DNA of 64,000 bases from an uncultured delta proteobacterium (GCA_963767925.1 CAVYGB010000010.1:736001-800000), one strand, 5' to 3'; counted from the stretch's first letter, positions 50,111 to 59,679 are shown. Numbers and translations: made by a program. The notes: generated from the sequence alone by a model not told the origin.

Positions 50111-51055
50111 CTACTGGCGCGGACCGGCGGCGGCGAGGCTCGACGCGGGGGCCGGCGCGGCGGGCGGCAGGTCGACGACCAGCACGGTGGGTCGCCCCGC
50201 GGCCGACCGCTCCGACTCGCACACCGCCTTCACGAGGAGGCGGCCACCGTCGAGGGTAGCGGCGGAGAGCTGGTTGGCGACGCAGTCGGCGGGGGCGAGG
50301 GCGATGGGCGCGCCGGGCGCCCCGTCCCGGGTGGCGAAGCGGTGGACCAGCGCGCGGCGGCCCTGGCCCGAACGCCGGTCGGGCGCCTGGGAGAAGAACT
50401 CGGTGACGTAGACCGTCTCGTCGGCGTCGTCGCCGTCGCCGTCGTCGGTGACGGCCAGGGCGCGGGGGTGGGCCGGCGTGGGGCCGCCCTCGAGCGCGAA
50501 GCTGCCGACCGCCGCCATGCGGGCGGTGTCGATGACGGTCACCGTGCCGTCGGCGAAGTTGGCCACGTAGAGCCGGGCGCCGCTCGGCGAGAGGGCCAGC
50601 CCGGTCGGCTCGACCCCGGTGCGGACCGAACGCGCCTCGAGGGTGGGCCGCCCGCGCAGGTCGCGGATCCGTACCACCTGGTGCGCGTCGCGCAGGGCCA
50701 GGTAGGCGCTGTCGCCGTCCTTGCCGATCACGACCGCCCAGGGCTCCGACCCGCGGCCCACGTCGACCTCGACCTCGCGGGCGACCCGCTGCCCGCCCCG
50801 GTCCAGCGTCTGCACCGCCACCCGCCCGGTCGCCCGGTCGATGGCCACCGCCACCGTGTTGCCGGCGCTCACCGCGGCCGCGCCGGCGGCGTCGAGGGCC
50901 TTGCGAGCCGGCGTCGAGAGGGCGACGAGGCGGGTCACCAGCCCGGCCGCCCGCTCCGGGGTCGAGGCCCACAGCAGGCCGGCGCCCAGCAAGCCCGCGT
51001 GGAGGGCACCCAGCACCGAGAACAGCGCGCGCAGCGATCGGGTGAAAGTAGGCAT
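50111..51055 (-). CDS. YncE/YVTN-type beta-propeller protein (possibly C-terminally truncated)
   Basis: GAGGAG RBS; VGRGSEPWAV, TGVEPTGLALSPSGARLYVANFADGTVTVIDT, HPRALAV and YVTEFF repeats. Confidence 0.8.
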   Translation of the reverse strand: MPTFTRSLRALFSVLGALHAGLLGAGLLWASTPERAAGLVTRLVALSTPARKALDAAGAAAVSAGNTVAVAIDRATGRVAVQTLDRGGQRVAREVEVDVGRGSEPWAVVIGKDGDSAYLALRDAHQVVRIRDLRGRPTLEARSVRTGVEPTGLALSPSGARLYVANFADGTVTVIDTARMAAVGSFALEGGPTPAHPRALAVTDDGDGDDADETVYVTEFFSQAPDRRSGQGRRALVHRFATRDGAPGAPIALAPADCVANQLSAATLDGGRLLVKAVCESERSAAGRPTVLVVDLPPAAPAPASSLAAAGPRQ

Positions 51056-51082
51056 GTCGTCGTCTCCTCGACGAGGGGCTTC

Positions 51083-51098
51083 AGCAGCCTCCGTGCCA
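51083..51098 (-). promoter_or_regulatory. sigma54 -24/-12 promoter
   Basis: Minus strand reads TGGCACGGAGGCTGCT, one mismatch from TGGCACG-N4-TTGCW, 28 nt before the 51055 start. Confidence 0.75.
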
Positions 51099-51170
51099 GC
51101 GCCCGTTGCCCTGCGATTCCGCGCCCCTGGCCCTCGGCGAGGGGGCCCACCGGCAAGGTCTGCGCACGGC

Positions 51171-51211
51171 CTGCGCCAAACCTGCGGTGGGGGCTACGCC
51201 AAACTTGCGGT
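51171..51211. promoter_or_regulatory. tandem direct repeat, putative enhancer (UAS)
   Basis: CTGCGCCAAACCTGCGGT and CTACGCCAAACTTGCGGT (16/18 identical, 23-bp period), 75-115 bp upstream of the sigma54 site. Confidence 0.6.
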
Positions 51212-51228
51212 CCGGGATCGGCGGCGGC

Positions 51229-52299
51229 TCAGCCCCGGAACAGCTCCATCTGGCGAGGCGGACCGAGGGCGTAAGCGTCGAGCCCGTCGTCGCGTAGGCG
51301 GGCGGCCAGCTCCTCGGCGTGGCCGCGGAACACCGCCACCTCCCGGGCGCCGCAGGCCTCGACGTAGGCCAGGAGCTGGGCGTAGCCGCTCTGGCTCGAC
51401 AGGGGGATGGCCACCTCGGCACCCACTGCGGCCAGCGCGTCGGCGTCGAGGCTGAAGCCCGAGACGAAGGCCACCCGCGGGCGGGCCAGCTTGCCCAGCA
51501 GGGAGGTCCCCTGCGCCTGGGGCGGCCAGAGCAGGACCTCGCCGGCCGCGAGCCGCCCGTCGAAGCGGCCGATGGCGGGGGGGCTGGCCCCGGCGGCGCG
51601 GAAGGTGGCCGCCGCGGCGAGGATCGCGCGGTGCCCGCGCAGGGTCAGCCCGGCCCCGGCCAGCGCGGCGGCGGCCGCCATCGCGGTGGAGAAGGGCGGA
51701 GCCAGCAGCACCGGCGCCTGGCCGGCGGCCCGGGCCTCGGCGACGAAGGCGAGCAGCCGGGCCAGCGCCTCGGCCGGCGGGGGCAACACGTAGCGGGGAT
51801 CGCCGAAGGTGCCGTCGATGCACAGGGCATCGGCCGGCCGCAGCTCGGCGGGGGTGGCGCCGAAGGCGGGGGCCTCGGTCCGCACCGAGCCGGCGTAGAC
51901 CAGGCGGCGCCCGCCCACCTCGACGAGCAGCGAGGCCGAGCCCGGCAGGTGGCCCGAGGGGAACAGCTCGACCCGGCAGTCGCCGAGGGCGAAGGGCCGC
52001 CCGTACCCGGCCGGCAGGGCGTGCCGCCGCAGGCGCCCGCCCAGGGGCCCCAGCAGGGCGAGGGTGCCCTCGGTGGCGAGCAGCTCGTGGCGCCCGGCGC
52101 CCGCCACCCAGCCCGCGCTCGCCGCCTTGCGGGGGGGCGCGGCCAGCGGGGTGGCCTCGGCCAGCGCGCCGAGGGCCTGGGCGTGCGAGAGGAACCCCAG
52201 CACCTCGCCCCCGCCGAGCGCGTCGCAGGTGATGCGGCTGCCGGCGATGCGCACCCCGCGCGCCAGGCTGAACGCGCGCTCCCCCCGCCGCCGCTTCAT
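51229..52299 (-). CDS. MBL-fold beta-CASP (RNA-processing/ligase-associated exonuclease-like) protein with degenerate metal motifs
   Basis: ELFPSGHLPGSASL, LVYAG, DALCIDGTFGDP.Y.LP, IPLSSQSGY..L; the HxHxDH motif reads SHAQA. Confidence 0.75.
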   Translation of the reverse strand: MKRRRGERAFSLARGVRIAGSRITCDALGGGEVLGFLSHAQALGALAEATPLAAPPRKAASAGWVAGAGRHELLATEGTLALLGPLGGRLRRHALPAGYGRPFALGDCRVELFPSGHLPGSASLLVEVGGRRLVYAGSVRTEAPAFGATPAELRPADALCIDGTFGDPRYVLPPPAEALARLLAFVAEARAAGQAPVLLAPPFSTAMAAAAALAGAGLTLRGHRAILAAAATFRAAGASPPAIGRFDGRLAAGEVLLWPPQAQGTSLLGKLARPRVAFVSGFSLDADALAAVGAEVAIPLSSQSGYAQLLAYVEACGAREVAVFRGHAEELAARLRDDGLDAYALGPPRQMELFRG

Positions 52300-52312
52300 C
52301 GTCCGGGCGCCG

Positions 52313-54145
52313 CTACACGCCGGTGATGTGGCGCGCGACGAGCAGGGTGAGCACGCGGGCGATGAGGTCGACCTCCGGCTCGCTGCCCCGGATGCGCAGA
52401 TCGCAGGGGGCCACGCTGTTGCCCTCGGGATCGACGTCGATCACCAGGCTGGCGAACTCGGGGATGAGGGCCTGCACCTGGCCGTAGTCGGCCAGCCCGA
52501 TGGCGTTTGTCGTCGACACGACGATGAGGCCGGCGTGCAACATCAGGTGGGCCACCTCGGCGAAGCGGCGGACCAGCTCCTCCTGGGTGGCGTCCACCCA
52601 GTACAGATCGCGGTCCACCCCCAGCAGCACGTTGGTGCCGTCGAGCATGTAGGCCCCCCGCCCCTCGGAGAAGAGGGCCCGCTCGAGCGCGCGAGCGTAG
52701 CGGTGTTTGCCGCTGCCCGCCCGGCCCACGAACATGACCAGCGCCGGGCGGTGGCCGACCCGCTGGGCCCGCTCCTCGACCGTGACGCCGCCGCGCACCC
52801 AGTTGAAGTCGCGCAGGCGGGCCTCGGCCCGGAAGTCGGCGTGGTCGTCGGAGATGGCCTCGACGATGATGCCCCCGCCGGCCACGTCGTAGCCGTCGAC
52901 GACAACGAAGCGCCCGGTGGCCTCCGAGTTGACGGTGAGGTCGAAGGAGATGGGCTGCTTGGTCTCGATGACCAGGTCGGCCACCTCGTGGCGCCCGACC
53001 GACTCGCGGGCGAGCTGCGAGTTGGCCTCCGAGGCGTCGATGACCTTGTTGATCTTGAGGATGCGGGCGCCCACCGCGGTCGTGTGGATCTTGAGCTTGT
53101 AGTCCCGCCCCTTCTCGAAGGGCCGCTTGCTGAGCCATATCAAGTTGGCCCGGAAGCGGGTGCTGACCAGCGGGGGGCGCTCGACGTGGCTCATCACCTC
53201 GCCCCGGGTCACGTAGATCTCCTCGGAGAGGGTGAAGCCGGTCGACCAGCCCGCCTCGATGTCGCTGCGGGGCCTGGTGTTGAAGCCCTCGATGCTGCGG
53301 ATGGTGCTGGACTTGTTGGAGGGGGAGAAGACGACCGTGTCGCCCACCCGCACCCGGCCCGATTCGATCCGCCCGGCCACGATGCGCCGATCGTCCCCCT
53401 GATTGGTGAACTTGTAGACCGCCTGCACCGGCATGCGCATGGCCTGGTCGGAGCGAGGGGGGGCCTTGACGAAGGTGTCGAGGGTCTCGAGCAGGGTGGC
53501 GCCCCCGTGCCAGGGCATGCTGGCGTCGGCCCGGGCGGCCAGGTTCTCGCCCAGCAGGGCGCTGATCGGGATGAAGGAGCGGGGGGCCACCGACCCGATC
53601 TCGGAGAGGAAGTGGCGGTACTCCTTCTCGATGTCGCGGAACACCTGCTCCTGGTTGTCCACCAGGTCCATCTTGTTCACGCAGACCACCACCTGCTGGA
53701 TGCCGAGCATCGCCAGGATGTAGCCGTGGCGGCGGCTGTTCTCCCGCACGCCCTCCTTGGCGTCGATGATGAGGACGGCGGCCTCGGCCCGGGCGGCGCC
53801 CGAGATCATGTTCTTGAGGAACTCGATGTGCCCGGGGGCGTCGATGATGATGTAGTCGCGCGTGGCCGTCTTGAAGAAGCAGCGGGCGGTGTCGATGGTG
53901 ATGCCCTGGTCCTGCTCGTCGGAGAGGGCGTCGAGGAGGAAGGCGTATTCGAAGGGCTTGCCGGTGCGCAGGCACTCCCGGCGGACCGCCTCCAGCTTGC
54001 CCTGGGGCAGGGACCCGGTGTCGGCCAGCAGGCGGCCCACCACCGTCGATTTGCCGTGGTCGACGTGGCCCACCACGACGACGTTCATCTGCTGGCGGTC
54101 GCGGACCGGGTCGGCGGCCGGGCGGGCCAGGCTGTCGGGCAGCAT
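52313..54145 (-). CDS. cysN: sulfate adenylyltransferase subunit 1 fused to an APS-kinase-like domain (CysN/CysC)
   Basis: GHVDHGKST, QGITID, DAPGH, NKMD, TGRFV, and C-terminal GRAGSGK...YMLDG; TGATG coupling to cysD. Confidence 0.93.
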   Translation of the reverse strand: MLPDSLARPAADPVRDRQQMNVVVVGHVDHGKSTVVGRLLADTGSLPQGKLEAVRRECLRTGKPFEYAFLLDALSDEQDQGITIDTARCFFKTATRDYIIIDAPGHIEFLKNMISGAARAEAAVLIIDAKEGVRENSRRHGYILAMLGIQQVVVCVNKMDLVDNQEQVFRDIEKEYRHFLSEIGSVAPRSFIPISALLGENLAARADASMPWHGGATLLETLDTFVKAPPRSDQAMRMPVQAVYKFTNQGDDRRIVAGRIESGRVRVGDTVVFSPSNKSSTIRSIEGFNTRPRSDIEAGWSTGFTLSEEIYVTRGEVMSHVERPPLVSTRFRANLIWLSKRPFEKGRDYKLKIHTTAVGARILKINKVIDASEANSQLARESVGRHEVADLVIETKQPISFDLTVNSEATGRFVVVDGYDVAGGGIIVEAISDDHADFRAEARLRDFNWVRGGVTVEERAQRVGHRPALVMFVGRAGSGKHRYARALERALFSEGRGAYMLDGTNVLLGVDRDLYWVDATQEELVRRFAEVAHLMLHAGLIVVSTTNAIGLADYGQVQALIPEFASLVIDVDPEGNSVAPCDLRIRGSEPEVDLIARVLTLLVARHITGV

Positions 54146-55056
54146 CACATGTAGCCTTCCCGGCGCAGCTCCTCCAGGCCGTGTTTTCCGTCCTGCAGGC
54201 GGCCGGAGCGCTCGGCGATGTTGCGCAGCTTGCCGCTCTTGAGCTCGACGATGATCTCGTCGACGTCGCGGGCGGTGCTCTCGATGGGGAGCTGGCAGGG
54301 GCCGCAGCCCAGGCTGCGGTAGCGCTTGCCCGTGCCCTGATCGTAATAGAGCGACACCGTGGGGATCCCCTCGCGCTTGATGTACTCCCAGATGTTGAGC
54401 TCGGTCCAGTCCAGCAGGGGGTGGATGCGCACGTGGGTGCCGGGTGCGAAGTCGGTCTTGAACTGGTTCCAGAACTCGGGCGGCTGATCGCCGACGTCCC
54501 ACTCGCTGTTGCGGTCGCGGGGGGAGAAGTAGCGCTCCTTGGAGCGGCTGCCCTCCTCGTCGGCCCGGGCCCCCACGATGACCCCCTGGTAGGGCTCGCG
54601 GTCGGGATCGAGGAGGTAGCGGCCGCTGGCGAGGTCGAGGCGCTTGCGCGGCAGGGTGCCGTTGAGCGTGCCGACGAGGGCGTCCTTCTTGAGCTGCCGG
54701 CAGCAGTCGACCCGCGAGACCTTGTGGGGGTCGCCCTCGGGCAGGTGCTGGGTGTCGGGGAACGTGCTGCGCGCGTCGAGGGCGGTCCGGTTCTCGCCCA
54801 CCACCATCTGCAGCCGGTACTCCATGGCCAGCCGGTCGCGGTAGGCGATCATCTCCGGGAGCTTGAAGCTCGTGTCGATGTGCACCAGCGGGAAGGGGAC
54901 GTGCCCGAAGAAGGCCTTGCGGGCCAGCCAGAGCAGGACCGTCGAGTCCTTGCCGATGGACCACAACATGCACAGCCGCTCGAAATGGCGGAAGGCCTCC
55001 CGGAAGATGTAGACGCTTTGCTGCTCGAGTTGATCGAGATGGTCGTGAGAGCTCAT
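54145..55056 (-). CDS. cysD: sulfate adenylyltransferase subunit 2
   Basis: [55 protein letters not shown]. Confidence 0.96.
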   Translation of the reverse strand: MSSHDHLDQLEQQSVYIFREAFRHFERLCMLWSIGKDSTVLLWLARKAFFGHVPFPLVHIDTSFKLPEMIAYRDRLAMEYRLQMVVGENRTALDARSTFPDTQHLPEGDPHKVSRVDCCRQLKKDALVGTLNGTLPRKRLDLASGRYLLDPDREPYQGVIVGARADEEGSRSKERYFSPRDRNSEWDVGDQPPEFWNQFKTDFAPGTHVRIHPLLDWTELNIWEYIKREGIPTVSLYYDQGTGKRYRSLGCGPCQLPIESTARDVDEIIVELKSGKLRNIAERSGRLQDGKHGLEELRREGYM

Positions 55057-55254
55057 TGTCGGCGAGGAGCCCGGTCGGGCCGCGAGGGTACCGCCGTTCA
55101 CCGGCGGCGGAAAGGGTGCGGAGTATGGCATTGACGCGCGCCAAACGCATCCACCGCCGCCGACCCGCCGCGCCAGTCGGGAGTCGCGATCAGCCGGACC
55201 CTGCTCGAGCGGGCTGCGCTTCGCTGCGCCTGCGATTCGCGCTAAGCTCGAGGC

Positions 55255-55605
55255 ATGCGGATCCTGCTGCATCTGGCGTTACTCACCGTGACGGTCCTGG
55301 CCTGCGCCCGCTACCTGACCGGCGTGCGGGTCAAGAGCGCGCCGGCGGCGTTGGGCGTCGCGGTGCTGTTCAGCGTATTCAACTGGCTGCTGGGCGGGCT
55401 GCTCGAGGCGCTGCTCTTCTTGCCGGCCATCTTGACGCTGGGGCTCCTTTTCCTGGTGATGCCCCTCATCATCAACGTCGTCCTGCTCTGGGTGACGGAC
55501 AAGGTGCTGCACGTCTTCGAGATCGAAAATGCCAAGGCGCTCTGGCTGATGGCCATCGTCGTCACCATCGCCAACGGCCTGGCCGCCTTCCTCCTCCGCT
55601 TCTGA
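55255..55605 (+). CDS. YvlD/DUF360 (phage holin family 4) membrane protein
   Basis: Four TM helices with LPAILTLGL...IINVVLL; no phage context. Confidence 0.82.
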   Translation: MRILLHLALLTVTVLACARYLTGVRVKSAPAALGVAVLFSVFNWLLGGLLEALLFLPAILTLGLLFLVMPLIINVVLLWVTDKVLHVFEIENAKALWLMAIVVTIANGLAAFLLRF

Positions 55606-55669
55606 TCGGAGGGGATCCCGGTCCCCGGGGCGTTTTTCCGCCCGGGGCAGCCGTGGTATCCATGGGCCC

Positions 55670-56122
55670 ATGGGCAAGGGCTTGGTCGTCTTCACCGGCG
55701 TGATGGCCCTGGGCGCAGGGGCCGTGGGGGCCATCCAGCTCGGGCTCGGCCGGGTGGCCGAGGAGATCCGGGAGTCGCCCGGCTTCGCCGCCGGGTGGAA
55801 ACGGGCCGAGCAGCACCCTGCCCTGCTGCAGGCCATCGGCGGCCCACCCGCCCTGGCCCCCTTCTCCCTGACCGAGTTCGTGGCCGGTCACCAGCGCTGG
55901 GACTTCACGACCAGCGTGACCGAGACGATGGAGTCGGGGGAAAAGGGCCTGCGCAGCGTGCGGCGCGAGCGCAACGAGATCGACGTGCCGATCCGCGGCC
56001 CCAGCGGGCGCGGGCAGCTCACCATCGACGCCGTCGAGGTGCCGGGCCAGGGCTGGAATCCCACCCGGCTCGAGGCGCGCATCGACGGCAAGGGAGCGAC
56101 CCTCGATCTCCTGGGCGAATGA
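55670..56122 (+). CDS. hypothetical membrane-anchored protein (Coa1-like)
   Basis: N-terminal TM, HPALLQAIGGP and VPIRGPSGRGQL...W pattern. Confidence 0.6.
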   Translation: MGKGLVVFTGVMALGAGAVGAIQLGLGRVAEEIRESPGFAAGWKRAEQHPALLQAIGGPPALAPFSLTEFVAGHQRWDFTTSVTETMESGEKGLRSVRRERNEIDVPIRGPSGRGQLTIDAVEVPGQGWNPTRLEARIDGKGATLDLLGE

Positions 56123-56138
56123 GCGCCGGCGGCTGCTG

Positions 56139-57356
56139 GTGGCGGGCGCGGCGGCGCTCGCGCTGCACGCCAGCGCCCTGATCCTGCTCACCCGGGCGAC
56201 CGCGCCGGTGGCGGCGCCGGTCCTGGAGGCCGAGGGGCTCGTCGTCGCGACAGAGGTGGTGGCCCAGCCGGTGCTGGGTCCCCTGCCCCCGCCCCGCTCG
56301 GGCCAGGTCGTCGAGTCGGTGGGGGCGTCGCGGGAGGCGCCGCCGCCCGAGGAGAGCCCGCGCATCGCCGAGCGCGACGCCGTCACCGCGCTGGAGACCC
56401 GGCGGGGCGCCAGCACCCAGGAGCCGGGGCAGCGCGCGGCCGCCCGCCAGCCCGCCCGGGCCGCGCCGGCGCCCCGGCCGGCCACCACCGCCATCGAGGC
56501 CCCCGGCGGGATGGCCATCGTGGCGCCCGACGCCGGGGCGGCCGCCGAGCTCAGCAGCGACGCCGGGGCCAGCGCGACCGCCGCCGCCGACCCGGGCGGC
56601 GCCCCGGTCGGCATCACCCTCGACCTGGCCGAACACGCCGACGACGAGCTCGACGACGTCCCGCTCGGCGCCGAGACCCGGCTGAACGCCCACGCCTCGA
56701 GCTACGCCGGCGTCATCAACGGCGTGCGCGACCGGGTCCGGCGGGTCTGGCGGGTGCGCGAGGTCTATCAGGAGGTCGATCCCGCCCACCGCTTCCGGGG
56801 CAGCGCCCTGATCACGGAGGTGTCGGTGCGGCTGAGCCCCGAAGGGAAGGTCACCCGGGCGGCGGTGCTGCAGGGCTCGGGCCTGAGCGAGGTCGACGAG
56901 GAGGCCACCGAGGCCCTGCACCGGGCGGGGCCCTTCACGGTGCCGGCCGGCGTCCTCGATCCCGACGGGAGCTTCAGCTTCCAGATGAGCTTCACCTTCG
57001 ATCTGGGGCCCCTGCGCTTCCTGACCGCGACCCGCCAGGCGCTGCTGGAGCGCTGGAAGCCCTCGCGCGCGTTCCGCCAGGTGGGGGATCGCGAGCGGGT
57101 GACGGCGCTGCGGGTGCAGCTCGCCCACGACGGCGAGGTGGTGAAGATCAATCCGGTCGCCTCGGCGGGGATCGACTTCCTCGACAACGGCGCCCTGGCC
57201 GCGCTCCGGCCGGGCGATCGCCTGCCCGCGCCTCCCGAGAGCCTGGTGCGCGCGCCCGGCGGCCAGGTCGCGGTGTGGATCGAGTTCCGGCATCGGGTGG
57301 GCGCCCCCAGCGACGTGCGGGTCCGCCGCCGCTACCAGGCCAGCGAGCGGGACTGA
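56139..57356 (+). CDS. TonB/TolA-family energy transducer with two TonB-C-like domains
   Basis: TM with ALALH; ETRLNA...VRDRVRRVW...SGLSEVDEEA..A...GPF; second domain SAGIDFLDNGALAA...LPAPP; exact start uncertain. Confidence 0.8.
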   Translation: MAGAAALALHASALILLTRATAPVAAPVLEAEGLVVATEVVAQPVLGPLPPPRSGQVVESVGASREAPPPEESPRIAERDAVTALETRRGASTQEPGQRAAARQPARAAPAPRPATTAIEAPGGMAIVAPDAGAAAELSSDAGASATAAADPGGAPVGITLDLAEHADDELDDVPLGAETRLNAHASSYAGVINGVRDRVRRVWRVREVYQEVDPAHRFRGSALITEVSVRLSPEGKVTRAAVLQGSGLSEVDEEATEALHRAGPFTVPAGVLDPDGSFSFQMSFTFDLGPLRFLTATRQALLERWKPSRAFRQVGDRERVTALRVQLAHDGEVVKINPVASAGIDFLDNGALAALRPGDRLPAPPESLVRAPGGQVAVWIEFRHRVGAPSDVRVRRRYQASERD

Positions 57357-57643
57357 GGCGCGCGCCGCTGCCGAAGCGGCACGGGCCACCCGGGCCAACC
57401 GGGCGGGGGCCGGCGGGCGAGGCCCGGTGGTGCCAGCGGAACACCTCATGGATAGGGCCTCGGGCCCCTCGGGGGGCGCCTGGCCCCGGTAAAGACGGCG
57501 TGATCCGACCTTCTGCGTTTGGCCGGCGCGATGTTATGTTGTGGCGGTCGCTCGCTAGCCGCAGGGGGTCACCCCCCGGCGCGGCGGGCTTCCAGAAAAG
57601 TTCGCGCCCCAAGCCGGACCAGAAAAGAAAAAGGAGCTCGAGC

Positions 57644-59056
57644 ATGCCGAGTGCACTTCGCTCGCGGTTGGGCAGGGGGTTGCGGGGAATCACGTTCGCA
57701 GCCGTCCTGACGGCCTTCGCAGGTTGCGGAGACGATCCCCCCTCGTCGCCACCCGCCGGAGGCGGCGGCCGCGCGGGCACTGCCACCCCACCTTCCACCG
57801 TGACCGCCGGGACCGGCGGCAGCACGGCGGGCACCGGAGGACAGGGCGGCGCGGCCGGCGCGCGGACGCCCGATGCGCGGCGCCCCGACACGGCCGCTCC
57901 GGGCAACCGGGACGCGGCCGCGCGCGACACCGCCGTCCGGCGGGACGCGCCGGTCGTCGACGCCGGCGCCGCGGCCCCCAGCGCCCCCGGCAACCTCGCG
58001 ATGGGCGCGCGCTGCGCGGCCCCCGGCGGCGCCGGTGGCTGCCAGGACGGGCTGATCTGCTGCCAGCCCTGCTGCGAGGGACGGCCCGCCGTGTGCACCC
58101 AGCCGGTGCAGAACGCGGCCGGCATCGGGGTGGGCCAGTGCCCGTTGCCCGACCTGGCGGTCGACGTGACCGCGCTGCGAACCCGGCTCGGCTCGGGCCC
58201 CATGACCTTCGCCGCCAACAGCTGCGAGGCGCGCGAGACCTGCGTGTCCCAGCCCGGCACGCGCAACACCCTGCACTTCGAGGTGTTGACCCCCAACATC
58301 GGGACCGCCGACCTCATCCTCGGCGCGCCCGCGGGCAAGCCCGGCTTCGAGTTCGCCACTTGCCACGAGCACTACCACTTCAACAACTACGCCCTCTACC
58401 AGCTCCTCGACGCCGAGGGGAACGAGGTGCTCAAGGGGCTCAAGCGGGCCTTCTGTCTGATGGACACCGATCGCAACCCGATGTACCCGCTGCAGTCCCC
58501 GGCCAACGCCCGGTACAACTGCGGGCGCCAGGGCATCCAGCGGGGCTGGGCCGACAGCTACTACAACGGGCTCGAGTGTCAGTACATCGACGTCACCGAC
58601 GTCCCGCCCGGGCGCTACAAGCTGCGGGTCTCGATCAACCCCAACAAGTTCTTCCCCGAGCTGTCGTACGACAACAACATCGGGGAGGTCGACGTCGACA
58701 TCACGCCGATGGTCGCCAGCCCCACCGAGGCCTGCTCGGGCCTCGTGATCGGCACCAAGCGGGAGTGCGGCTGGACCAAGGCGATGACCGCCACCTGCAC
58801 CCCCGGGAGCCGGGTCACCGCGAGCTGCGGCGCCGAGTGTGGCGGCGGCACCCGCACCGGCGATCCCATGATGCGCGTGTGCGCGGGGGGCGACGCCTGC
58901 CGCGCGCCCGGCCTCGGCAGCAACGACGACTGCGGCGGCGGCAACAACCGCGGGGCCCGGGTGCAGTTCACCTGCCCGGCGGGCGGCCAGTACACCGTCC
59001 TCACCGGCCCCGCCGGCAGCAACCGCCCGGCGACCTGCACCGTCAACGTCCGCTGA
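57644..59056 (+). CDS. lysyl oxidase-domain lipoprotein
   Basis: AAGGAG RBS, lipobox FAGC, PNIGTAD, CHEHYH, GLKRAFCLMD, QGIQRGWADSY, CQYIDVTDVPPGRY.L....NP, ELSYDNN. Confidence 0.92.
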   Translation: MPSALRSRLGRGLRGITFAAVLTAFAGCGDDPPSSPPAGGGGRAGTATPPSTVTAGTGGSTAGTGGQGGAAGARTPDARRPDTAAPGNRDAAARDTAVRRDAPVVDAGAAAPSAPGNLAMGARCAAPGGAGGCQDGLICCQPCCEGRPAVCTQPVQNAAGIGVGQCPLPDLAVDVTALRTRLGSGPMTFAANSCEARETCVSQPGTRNTLHFEVLTPNIGTADLILGAPAGKPGFEFATCHEHYHFNNYALYQLLDAEGNEVLKGLKRAFCLMDTDRNPMYPLQSPANARYNCGRQGIQRGWADSYYNGLECQYIDVTDVPPGRYKLRVSINPNKFFPELSYDNNIGEVDVDITPMVASPTEACSGLVIGTKRECGWTKAMTATCTPGSRVTASCGAECGGGTRTGDPMMRVCAGGDACRAPGLGSNDDCGGGNNRGARVQFTCPAGGQYTVLTGPAGSNRPATCTVNVR

Positions 59057-59074
59057 CCGCGCCCGGCTGAAACG

Positions 59075-59114
59075 ACGGGCGAGCGGCCGCGAGTCGCTCG
59101 CCCGTTTTCTTTTT
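59075..59114 (+). terminator. Rho-independent terminator
   Basis: ACGGGCGAGCGGC-loop-GTCGCTCGCCCGT stem followed by TTTCTTTTT. Confidence 0.85.
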
Positions 59115-59181
59115 CGGCGGCGCGCGCGCCGGAGACGGCCGCAAAAAAGTGGGCCGGGTTGGTCCCGGCGGTCGGGCGTTT

Positions 59182-59679
59182 CTAGGCGCGGCCGGGGCCG
59201 CGGCCGGGGGGCTCGGCTACCCGGCGCTCCCAGGCCTCGTTGACCTGGGCGAAGGAGGCGGCGAGGCGGCGGCCGGTGATGGTGTAGGCGTCGCTCTCGT
59301 CGGTGTCCCAGGAGGGCGCGCCCGGGCGGCCCAGCCAGGGGCTCAGCCCCGCGCGCAGGAGGGCGCAGAGGCGCTCGGCGTCGCTCTCGGGCGCGTCGGG
59401 CATGCGGGCCAGCAGGCAGGTGCGGGCGAAGACCAGCACCTCACCGAGCGTGGTGCGGGGGACGCCGGCCGCGGCGGCGGCGGCGGGGGTGGCCACCGCA
59501 CAGGCCACCTCGTAGGGGAGCGCGCGCACGGCCGTCTCGAGGTCGGCGGGGAAGAAGCCGGGCGCGGGCAAGCGGCGGATCGCCACCACGGTGGCGGGTG
59601 CCTCGCGCATCAACCTGGCGACAAGCGCGCCGCTGTCGCAGCCGATGATGCCCGTCGTGATCTTGGAAGCGCGGCTCAC
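59182..59679 (-). CDS. hypothetical protein
   Basis: 165-aa ORF with coding-like codon bias filling the gap; no recognised motif. Confidence 0.55.
   Translation of the reverse strand: MSRASKITTGIIGCDSGALVARLMREAPATVVAIRRLPAPGFFPADLETAVRALPYEVACAVATPAAAAAAGVPRTTLGEVLVFARTCLLARMPDAPESDAERLCALLRAGLSPWLGRPGAPSWDTDESDAYTITGRRLAASFAQVNEAWERRVAEPPGRGPGRA

Noticed and set aside
55255..55605. Prophage lysis module (holin plus the SLT at 39957)
   Set aside because: YvlD-type proteins are common chromosomal genes; the two are 15 kb apart with no phage genes.
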